Below, piece by piece: positions 13,051 through 25,100 of a DNA stretch of 64,000 nt. Origin of the DNA: Tubiluchus corallicola (lineage: Eukaryota > Animalia > Priapulida); the NCBI GenBank assembly GCA_030141605.1, contig JAQGDQ010000121.1:248001-312000 (forward strand). The letters are read 5' to 3'. Made by a program: the position numbers and the translations under genes. The first letter of the stretch is position 1, and each line of letters opens with the position of its first letter. A model generated the notes under the pieces. That model had not been told where the DNA came from. It made no database searches and saw only the letters and a list, made by a program, of their open reading frames with translations.

Positions 13051-16000
13051 CTTATATGAATGTTTCTATCCATTTCATAGCTGCAATGCTTGCAGACTTA
13101 AGTTGTAGTCGTACAGCTACAGCCTTTAATTGTCGGCATGGCTGTTCTGGAGTTGATACTTGAATAGAGCCTAGCTCTAACGATCAGTGATTAAAATTTG
13201 TCTTGGCATGTTTGACTACACTGACAAAGCTTTACTCCAAAACAGGATATGCTTGGTGCATCCTCTTAGATTTGCATTATACGTAATCATAATGAGAGTC
13301 AGTATGAATGTAAGCAAGTTGAATTAATGTCAGTGCTAATTAGGAGCAAGCTCTACTGAGTTAATGTTTATCTAACGCGGACTAATACACCAGTGGTTTG
13401 TTCACTTCAGTGGTTCAAGTTCGCTAATAAATCCGCAGCAAGACGCAATTAAATTAGAACTTGAATTAGATTTGCGAAATTTCACGGAGTGCGGCCCTAG
13501 TGATCTAATGCGCTAACTCCAGGGAATCCTTATATAGTTGGTGTGTACTCCGTGCTGCACTGTATTTGGCTAATATTTGTAAATTCAAATGAAAATGTTG
13601 CTCAAATGCCCAAATGCCCAGATAGGTCTCAGCCCAGATCTAGAACTTTTGTACCACATATAGTCAATTATTCATCTCTACCATACATTCTGAGTGGCCC
13701 ATTTCTTCTTCTGTAGGTTAACAGTGTAACACATCAGGCATTAATGTTTTTTACAACTCTCGCTTAAACAAATATTTGTTTTTCCAGCATTTATCACTCT
13801 TGCTCAAAGCAGTAAAACTGATTACATTATATGTAATAACATTTTATTATATGGCAGCACGCTGTTTTATATCATAAAAATAACCGGTAATTACACCAAA
13901 GTTTATGCATTTTATTTTTCCAGGCCCGAGTTGTTACGTTCAATTATAATTTTTATGTTTAATTGCGTCCCAGCTGTTATAATAATAGTGCTTCAGAGTT
14001 CTGGGGGTTGCAGGAAAAATCATAAAAATGTGGCTATAAAATAATGAACTTGTTATGAAATTACACGTGTAATTGTAACAGTTTCCCACTGTTTTCAAGA
14101 AAATTCCGGAGATATTAGGTTTTACAACTATAATTATTATTGAATGAAATAGGAAGGTTTGAACACCAAGTGAAAGGCTCTATATTCACACATTAAGATT
14201 CCGATGACCCAAACCGGCACTTTTTCAAGAAGATAAACTGCAAAACTGTCAGTATTGTAGGTGGCTTCTCTTTTTGTGAGGGAACAATCCAACGACAGGA
14301 GTTATAATACTGCATCATTCAGTGCAATGATTGGGTAATTTTTGTGATAACAATAATCAGAATTCAAAGCTTACTAATACTTTGCCTATCTTAGCTCCGA
14401 AAGGAGTACCACACTTGCGGTGCGGCGTTTGGAAATTATATTGAGAAACATATACCTTAGAAAATCGTACATTTGCGTAGAAATTCGGGCTTACCTAATA
14501 ATCACAATGACGAACAACGAGAGAAGGAACACAAAAATTCTGAACGTTGGAACTGAACGTGGTTATAAGTCTACAAATGCATGGTCGTATTTTTGAAATG
14601 AGCATTTGAGGCCGACTGACCACTTGAGAAGCATTCACTACCATAATGGGCCTGGTTCCCGATTGCTTTTACTTGAGCATGGTGTTGTAAGTACTACATT
14701 AATTTTTAAGAACAAAAGTAAATGATCCTGGTGTGAAACTTTGTACTGATTAACGTAATGACATTTTGTTTTGATGTAGTTAAAGTTCTGACAACTTGTT
14801 TATCATCCGTTTTTTTAGGTCTCTGTTAGTATGACGTTGTAAAATGAATAAATTAAAGGACTTAAGGAGCAGACGCAACATAAGCAATATTGAGTTTTTA
14901 TTCAAAAAGTAGTGGTCTTATGGTGAACACTTACTGTACATGTAGATAAGAGCAAGCCGTGGTCTTAAGGTGGATCCCTGTGGCACATCAACACAACTGC
15001 ATATATACATATATTGCAGTATGAATTGTTATTTTGCGTATTTTTAAAGTGAGGGGCGTAAAAATTTATCGGGGACGAGATTAAGGCCACTGTATTTGAA
15101 GTAATACTTGTATAATTACTATTGAGTGATTTATATTGAATATTAGTAAACATGATTGCTTATATTGGTCTAACGTCATTTCTGCAGCAAGTTGGTGTAT
15201 GCTTCATACTGCGGTATTTCAAAATTACTATCATTCATTGATAAAAAAATGAATTCAAATCATCACGCCCGTTGCCCAATTTAGATTTTCCCGATTGTAC
15301 AATAGAGCAATAAGAAAGCGCAGCTGTCTATTAGGAGTAATTTCATTCTTAGCAGTGATGAACAAACATACAGGAACTATTTACTGCAACACAATAGACA
15401 CAGAATAAGAAATTTCGCGTAGTTTTCTATGAAAGAAGAGTAGAAATGGTGTGCGTTAAACACGCAAACTTAAAGAGGGGCGATCACGACAAGTTGACGC
15501 AGCTGCCTGCATTGCAAATAACTGTTCTTGTGATGATTATAATACTGCTTTTAATAATGCTTGAAGTAAGTTACGAGTGTGAAATGCTTATTAATTGGCA
15601 AACTGTCGGGGTAATTATGGTTAAAACACGAATGCTGCCGTTCAAATGCAAACGCATTGTCAAACCAAAACTGAAAAGCGCAGTTTTTTCTAGAAGCACC
15701 ATTTAATATTGACAGGAAAAAAGTTGCCAAGAGAAAAGAAATAAAAAAAATCTTCAGTAGAAGCGTTACAAAATGAGGCCACACATCTCTCGAATTACAG
15801 ATTTCGTTGAGTCAAGAAGGGCAGAAAGAGACAGAAGAAACAAAATTGACAAAACTTTGCTTAAAGGATCAAATTAACTAGATTAGTGGCCGGGTTTATT
15901 TACAAGAAAAAGAAGGATGACAAAGAAAATGGAAGAGAAGGAAAAAAGAGGAAGGCGAAATAAAAAAGAAGGAAATTTTCTTGTAGGCTAATGCCTACGT

Positions 16001-18112
16001 TGGGAGTAAGCATCAAGATAATATTGCTGAAAATGAAAATTTTGCAATCGATATGTCAAAGCATGGAGATCTTGCATCCATAAAAACAGTGTGACCTGTT
16101 TTTTTGAATCCACGCAAAGAAATAGCCACACATGAATTGATATAATTACGAGGTAAATAACGTGGCACTCACACAGAGTACCGTGGACAAAGTAAAATAG
16201 AAAAGCTGCTGGAATTCAACGAGACTACCTTCCGTGAAAAACGTACTACAAAAACTTAGTAAATTAATGCTACACGCCATTATACTTTTCTAAGAGCATC
16301 GAATAAAGAACCGAGTTTCGAATTATTGAAAAGGTAAGGTAGAACCAGGCTACGTTTACTAACCGCCCCCCCCCCCCAGTGCCATATCAGTATTGTTACA
16401 ATTAAAATCAGAGTGGAGAGCCAATAACTCATGCACCATTCCAAGCCAGACGTATCATTCCCTATTTTGATCAATAAGTAATTTGCTAGATATTGATCAA
16501 TTTTTGTGCTTAAATAGGAGTTCATGTTATTGCTAATCAGAATAATAATACCTGGATTTTGATTTTATCTCAAAAATACGTGGTAAGAATACTGTGCCAT
16601 ACAAATTAAATGTGACAATATCAAAAAAGATTGTTTTTGATGTATGCTTTGAGTGATAAACAAAACTAAGAAACAAAGCTTAACTAACACTTGCAGAACT
16701 TAAGATATACTTGCGAACTGTTGTCATCATTCCATTGTTTTAAAATGTTAATCCTACCATACTTAGGTGGGTTTGGCAATCGAAATCTGGTACTCGCGAT
16801 GTAGAGAAACGTTAAGATGCGCGCAAATCCACGTAGTGTTTTCGTTGCATGACGTGGCTCAATGAGTGTTAAAGGTGGAGTCTGTGCTTTTGGCAACATT
16901 AGATTTTGTCCGTGGTGGCAAAGTGAATTTCCCAGTTAGTTATGGACTCTGTATCTCAGTTATTCGTATCTATCTCAATCTATGGTCGAATTTTCAATAA
17001 AATTCCTTTGAGCGCACACATCGCAATGATTTAAATAGACAGAAGTCCGTGAAGCCTGCCATTCTTCCAATAATGATTGGTGTCAGCAATTTCCAGTGCA
17101 ATACAATTGATAAATGCAAGTTGGTGCCTCTTTTGTGAGCACAATCCGAAGGCAAAATTTTGAGCAGACCATGCTAAATCGTTTTAATCGTAGAGATGGT
17201 TAAAATTGCTTGATATTGCTGGAAAATGACAATGACCGATAATTATTGTGCTGGAGCCGAGAGCAACATGGGCTTTACAGAACACCTTCAATAAAACTGC
17301 AAGCACTTAAGTGATTACGTTTTTATAGCCAGAATTTCAAATACTGTAGCCAGCAAATTAGCACCAGTAATAACATACTACTGCTGGTTTATAGTGCGTT
17401 GGTAACTAGTTTAATTGCAGAGGCTGCAAAATAAGTCGAAAAGCAAGGAGAGATCGAAGATCTGGACAAAAAATTTGTGTCGAGAGAAAAAAGGGGTGGT
17501 AAACGTGGATTCTATATAGGAAACAAGCGAATTGAGTGACGGTCTATGTTTTACTATTGAGTTCGCAAACCTGTAACAGCTGATTGACAATAAATTTCAA
17601 ATAAAATGGACTTATATTGTCTGGTCAATAATTTGTTTCGCATTTTTTATTTTGTTGGGTTTAGGCCTTCAACAGACAATTTTGAGTTGGGCATTTTTCA
17701 TTCGGACAAAAGTTAGGATATAAGAGAGAATTTTACTGGACAGGAATAAAGCATCAAAATAACTGGCTGAAATATTAGGCAAACACAACAAAAAATTTCA
17801 TTCCCGAAAAACATTAAGCAGCGACAAACTGATTTTATTTTCAGCCAGTTGACAACCTCTCTGTAAATATCTGTACACTTTGCCACTTTTCCTTATTTTT
17901 TTATTAACCTGTTTTGTTTTCACGCTAACGCTACCAACTACTCAAGTTAAACCTTTTTCTCATCAATGTATTTTGTTATTATCAGAGTAGCGTAGTGAAT
18001 CATCGAAACTCGTTGGTTCATTAAACGCTAAAATAGCAGTTGTCATCGCAAAGTCACACTAATTTATGTGAATCATACCTGTACCGATGAAAAATGAAGG
18101 GAACGCACGAAT

Positions 18113-18156
18113 AAATGAATGAATGAATGAATGAATGAATGAATGAATGAATGAAT
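18113..18156. repeat. (GAAT)n microsatellite
   Basis: About 10 GAAT units. Confidence 0.9.
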
Positions 18157-18809
18157 CAGTGGATAAAAAAGTGAAATAATGAGTAGTTTTACCGATGAAT
18201 AAGTTAAGAAGCAAAAAGTAAATCGAAATTAATTTAAAAAGAAAGAAAGAAAAACGAAGAAAAGAAAAAAGGAAAGCTAGATGTGGAAAGAAAAATGAAA
18301 GGAAAGAAAAAGGAATGAGAGAGGAGAAAAATTAATTTTGGGGGTTGTAGAATTTATCAAATTTGTTCGGTAGATGGCACCACTTTACAATGCCTTGTTA
18401 GTTGTTACTTGCACAGCAAGCTACTTCATGCCTATTTTAAATCACGTATCTGCGACTGTGTCCATGGCCCCTGTTCACCTAGTGCTATATAAAAATAATT
18501 TGCGTTTTCAAACAATTTCAGGAATTCAATTTCTTAAGCTGACGTAGGGCAAAATTAAGAGATTAAACATTTTGGAAAAATGAAATAACATTTAATCAAG
18601 CAGTGCAGCAAAAGAAATAAAAAACTGTGAAAACTTTTTCGTTTCGAAAATGATATTTGAATTGGTTTTTCTCGAAGAAACTTCAAGTAAACAATTTTTC
18701 GTTTGCAAACGCGTGAAATATCAAAAAGTACGTAATTCTAAATACAATTCGGTTAATTTTGTAACCCCGAGATGGCGCCATAGAGCTATAATGTCAGTAG
18801 ATTTGTGAA

Positions 18810-19530
18810 AAATTGCTTTTTAAAACAAAAGCCAAGTCTCTCGGAAGTTGGGCTTATTATAATACTTGAGAAAATGTTAGAAAGTTTCAGCAATAAAACT
18901 GTGATAAGCATCTCGTTTAATTAGTAAAATCAATTTAAAGTAGTGATTACTTTACGCTTGGGCGGGCGCTCATTTTAGACGAAAAATGGCGTCATCCGCT
19001 TTCCGTGCAATATAAACAGTTATACCGCCAGGTGCTTCAGAATCTTTTTTAACTTATAGAGTATAGAGCGAACTCTATAAACTAAGTAATCCTCCCGCTA
19101 TATGCTCGCGGGTTTTCATGCATACCTGAAGAAAGTCAACAAAAGTCTGTAAATTAATTTTACATTTACACAATTAATGTACACTACTTACACATTTTAC
19201 AATATAATCCTGTGGATTAAAGCTATGTAACCATTTTAACCTTGGCAATAATTGATCCAATGACAAATTTTTACATAAACTCAGTTAAACATAATGCTAG
19301 AATAACGGAACTTCTAAGTGAACTGTAGAAATTTCCCAACGCGTACCTTCACCACAGCTTGCCTTTACGGCATTCACGCTGCCCACCAAACACTAGCTTA
19401 CGTCATTTTTTTCAAATATGCCAGCAGAGACGTTCGTTTGGCGAGAGATAAAAATATTTAAGTTTCTTTTATACTTTTAAGCAAAGCATTCTATGCGCAT
19501 ATATTGTGTGGTGATTCAATACTTTTAATT
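18810..19530 (+). repeat. Dispersed ~700-bp repeat, copy 1 (probable non-autonomous transposon)
   Basis: Three colinear blocks (GAAAATGTTAGAAAGTTTCAG; TCCTGTGGATTAAAGCTATGT..AATTGATCC; GTTCGTTTGGCG.GAGATAA) match the reverse complement of 26620-27370. Boundaries approximate. Confidence 0.75.
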
Positions 19531-20407
19531 GTATATTAAAATACTATATAAGTGTTGTTCGAGGGTTGGTTCTTCCTTTAAAAACCGAAAGTTGGTACAT
19601 AATTATAACTGTTGCACAAAAAGAAATAAAATGAGACGTGTATATTATACAGCAGGAAATATTAATGGTTCATTATTAGTGTTAATAGGGCAACTTGCAA
19701 GCGAAAAACTTCGTTAAGATGTGTTTAGATGTCACCAGTCCTATACAGAAATGTTTCTTTGTGTACCAAATTCTTGCCTAGTTAACATAATTATAAAGTC
19801 ATACCAGTAAAATTAATATGCCAAACATATAGATAGATGCACCGAACTGTAGATATATCAAACGTGACCATGGACGCTGAACTGCACACAACGCAACTTG
19901 GGTAAATCTAGCTTGCTTTGCGCAAGCAATTGTATCTTACGCAATTTGCAAGCTCAACTTGTTCTGGTAACTCACTAGTTTTCACGTGTTGAAAAAGTCA
20001 ATGCAATGTAATTAATAACAAATTAGGTGGAAATTTATATTTGCACTTTATCATTTAAATTTGCCCTTGTAAATTAAAAAAGTTTTCAAAAATTTGTGAA
20101 TAAACAGCGGAATATAATTTGCAGAAATTTAAGTAACTTTCACATGCTACTGCACAATTATCTAATTATGTAAGTTAGCCATATATACAAAATATATACA
20201 GTGAGATTACATGCTTCTAAAAACAGAGAAATAGTACAGTTTTAAGAATACCTTTACCCGACCCAAAATAGCACGTTTAACAATTTAGGTTACAACTCAA
20301 CTGTGCTATTACGTATCACATTTATTAATGGCAAAATGTTAAACACATATTGTGACAACATGTCACACGTTGCAAAAGACACATTTTGAAAACTTCTCTT
20401 GACAAAT

Positions 20408-22109
20408 CTATCCAGTAAAGTTTAGTTCTTTATCTGTCTTTGGGAGCTTATGCCACTGAGCTACTTCTTGTTCAGTAATATAATCAGTTTGCGGCCTATA
20501 GGTAACGTAGTCACTGACTCTACGTGACAGTTTATCATCATGAAAATTATCTTCGTTATTCTGTTCATTCACAGAAATTTCTAGATTATCACTTTTACAG
20601 GCGTTTGTCTGGTCGTTGCTATCCACGAATAATGGACTATGACTGGTATCTTGAAATTCTTTTGCCTCTTCCAATACTGCATCTTCTTGTCGTCGTCGTT
20701 GTTGTTGTTGTTGTTGTTCTTCTTCTTCTTCTTCTTCTTCTTCTTCTTCGTTAAGGTCCAGCTCAGCATATGGTCGGTGGTCGACATAGCTCATTCCGGT
20801 TCCGTAACCTTCAGAACTTTCGTATGAACTCCGAACTATGATGTTTAAGTCAGTTTCTGTTGTATCAGATTCGCATGTACTTAACAACGGTTTTCGAGAT
20901 GACAAGCTACCATGAGCTGTTAAAGAGCTCACTTTCTTCGATTCGTCAAGATGAGGTAGCTTATGAACTGACACCGGAGGCGCATTCGTATGCTCCAATT
21001 TCAAGCTGACATCAATTATGTCACTTGAGACATACTGCAAATTGTTAACCATGCAAACCTTTTTGTCAGATGATGCAACCATAGGTTTATTGTTTCTTTT
21101 CTTTGGTTTCCATATCATTGCAAGAATTGCCCTTAATAGGCTGATATTTTCCTTCTGTGACATTGCTATTTTACTAGAGTTCAGTGATTTATTGTCATGG
21201 TTACAGACATTTCCCTGTTCACCAATGACATTGCTGAAGGACTGATGCTCAGCATTTTGCTTAGTCTCCTCAGATTTCTCTGGCAACAGACTAGTAATGT
21301 TGACAAAGTTGGGAATGTCTTCTACACTGCTGTATTGGGCTTGTTGCTCTATGGTCTGCTGGTTTAACATGTTGTCATCAGGAAAATCTGCCACGTTGCA
21401 GAAATTTTCCCGAATCCTGCAAGACAGATGAGCAAAAATAATATTTATTATGTACTGTCAGAAATGCATCGATCTGCATTGCATGAATACCGTACGCAAT
21501 AATTATCATCATATTCAGATATCAATATGAGAATAAGCCTTTTTACAGTTCCAGCGATTTATGATGATCGTGAAAAGGTCAAAGGTTAATTGAACCTAAC
21601 AACGTATTTGTTTACACTTGACAACGCCTCGAGGCCCATGCTACTGTATTAGTAACAGTGCTACACGGTTGTAATTAAGTAAGACACGCTGGGTTCGCTT
21701 AACCTTTGATCTACAGCAAATGCGCGTGTGCATAGCGAAACTGTGAAAAGGATGGTTATGCAATTAAAGACAATAGGCCTCTTTACACTTATTATATTTT
21801 AGGCTGTTATAATAATTAATTGAATAATAATATATAATTGATTTGATAATTTTGAGCTGACGTCTAAAATTGGGCATTGTTTTCTTTTAAAGAAAAATTT
21901 TCTGCCAAAAAGTTCTACTTTTACCTTTTCATTTGCGTGAAGATAATGATGAGAATAATCGCTATGAAGAAGCTAGTTGAACCCATAACTATTATAATGA
22001 TGTAAGTTTTGCTATCCGTGTGTTGAGCCATGTCTACAAAAGGAAAAGTTTGATTATTGTACCTCAAGAAACAACATTAGTTAAATTGCGTGAGCTGGAT
22101 CTCCAAAGA

Positions 22110-22162
<53 letters not shown>

Positions 22163-25100
22163 TGCATGCGTGGGTGCGTATGTGTGTATACAGACAGACA
22201 GACAGAAAGAAAGGCTAGTTGAACAACGAGGCAGTCACGCAGCCCGCCAAATAGACAGGTGGAAAGACAAAATCGCAACATGCAACAAACTAGAACAATT
22301 TTAACCTACCAGTCTCCACGGAAGTTTTGTCTTTAAGCCATTGAATTCCAGTAGTTTTGCCATTGGGATCATCAATGGACAAACCTATCTTTACATTGCA
22401 GGCTGATGGAATGTCTCCAGTATATGATTCATTCACAGCTAGAGGACCTTGAATCCACTGAAGGTTGTCTACACATGCTTTGCTATTTACGCTTATACTA
22501 CACCAGTAGATTGTAGTTGTTGCATTTTTGGTGGCTTTAGCTATTAAAAACTGAAATTTATTAGTACTGTGAATGTTCATCAAAAGTTTTTACAGTACAG
22601 CGTCAATATTAGTAAGATTACCATTCTTTATTATAATTGCAATAACAGTCTACTGAAAAATTGCTTTACAAATTAAATTGATATTAAGAATTAAGAAATT
22701 AGTTACTCAGTAAAAAATCAACAAGCGGGAAACAAAGTTTTCAAATAAGCTACTAAATAAGCACTACTAATGACGAACAAGTCTCACTGAGTGTCTTTAA
22801 CAAAGTAGCTAAGCTAAAATAACAGATGAAAAGAACGACAAACAGCGGCTTTGAAAAACTCATCAGAAGTTTTAAGTTGCGGCATTCATGGTTCATAATC
22901 TATTTTCTGCTAATCCACAACAAAATCTATTAAAAGTAGTACAAACAGAAGACAAGAGTTCTTTATCCTAAGACATTTAATACCATAAAAGATAATACCT
23001 ATATTAGCAAGATTTAGCTTTGATTGCCATTTAAAACAAATGATCATCCGTGCTTCGTCATGTAAAACAATGTGTGAATAAACAACTTTTCCCGGCTTTA
23101 TTTGCTGTTTACTCGTAATTCGATTTTAGATTTGTCCAATTAATGTATTTAGTTCTTTATTCACGCGTAAGACGCTTCACGGCAAACGCTGCTATGAAAT
23201 TATCATTAGAAATAAAAAAATATGGATTATTATCGTCTGTATACACTCAATTCAGTCCGAGTTACCGGACTGAGTTACCAGTAGTCACCAAATTAACTTG
23301 ATTTCCCACATATACGACGATCCCCATTTGTGCTCCACTGGCAATTAGAGTAACTAACAAATGAATTTTAATTTAGTTACCAGACGTTGCCCATATCAGG
23401 AGCACCTCATCAGTTGGACAATGATTTAGCAAAGTGAAGTTTGAAAATGTCGGTGGTGGCAGCACTATAAAAATAAACAAAGCTAGTAGACAAACTAGAC
23501 TAAGTACTGGTTTAAATAACACCAGACATACAAACTTAAATTAAATGTCATTTAAAAAAATGAATCTGCACGCAAAACCTCAATTCCACATGCATTTTAA
23601 ATGAATATTACAACACATTTCGCAAGGACGAGGAAATAGCTGAGCTGATCACAGAGTACTTGGCTCGAAATTAAACAACGCCGGAACTGAGGAGTAAGTG
23701 GATGAGTAACTGCCAAGAAATCTGCTTTTGTCTGTTGTCCTTTTTTGGCTACTTCTCTTGTTGACAGATCATATATGTGCATCTGAACGTGGCCACTGGC
23801 CAAGACATCTCTGACATGAGCTCATTGTTTCATTTATTCTGGATAATGAGCTACGTCCCGGTCTTGCCAGAACCATCTGCATTAATTAAGCTTTGTTATT
23901 ATGTAGACCTTGCGGAAAGTTATATTACATAATTTCCTAGAACGTATTTATAAACTTGATGCTAAATCTGTGATGCTGGTGAAGATTGCTAAATGAACTT
24001 TAATCATATGATTTTATACCTACATTGAGCCTCAGTTGCTATGGCGACCACGCTTGCATTTAAAGAGGTACCAACGTCGTTGATAGTCCGAATACGAACA
24101 TCTACTGCTTCGTTCGCATTTGTGGTAAAGTTAACTTTATTTTGTTTTGAACCATTGATTATTGTATCAAGTAAAATACTTCCGGTGCCGTTAGTGACTC
24201 GAACGTCGTAGCCTTCTACAAGTCCCCTTGCCAATGATACTGGTGTTTCCTACGATTTACAACACATTAATAATCGTTATGACGACAAATGCAAATTCCT
24301 AAATTTCTAATTTCACTGTTTTAGGTGACTATTACAATAACAGGGAACGTAACTTTCTTAAATCAAGCTCATTTATTGCTGAGGGTCTAATCTGTGTGAA
24401 AATTTATGTTAACAAAAAACAATTTGCTTTACAAACGCTGAAAATTAATGTGTGATGCACATAAAAACGCTCCACTGCACACGCATATCGCGTACCTGCC
24501 AATACACTTGTACAGTTCTGAGACCAGATGCCAACATCCCGGATGTATGGAAGCCACCTGCTGTAACTTGAGGACCAGTTAGAGGAACTGCAATGTCAAA
24601 CAGTTTTTTAGATGAAAAATGATCATTGTTTTGGTATCCAACTGTTTCTGTTACGTGTCGCATTATCTCAACGATTCTACACGGCTATTGATCCACAAGC
24701 CAACTTAAAACGTTAAAGGACAAAAACACTCTTCATAACAAAAAATAATCAAAAGAACGTAGTTTAGATGTTAAACATTCGCCTATTTTTTAGTATCTAA
24801 CATATCCCAGTAATTAAATTTCGATAACCTTGCGTAAAGTTTGAAAAAATAGTCAGAGCATTCGTAGCATACTTTTCGCTAACTAAGCAAAAGAAAAAGA
24901 ACTTTTGTATGTACTGTATGTACTTTATGTCCTGTCAATAAAATAATTTTTGCCAGTTGGCGTAAACGAATGTTTTATATTATAAAGAATTTTCTTTTCA
25001 CTTACATAGGTCTTGCAAAGAGTAATATAATTTGTATGGAAAGTTTTTGGAGTATAATTCCCTTTCTTCCCCTTTATTTCAATCAAAGTATGAGGGAGTA

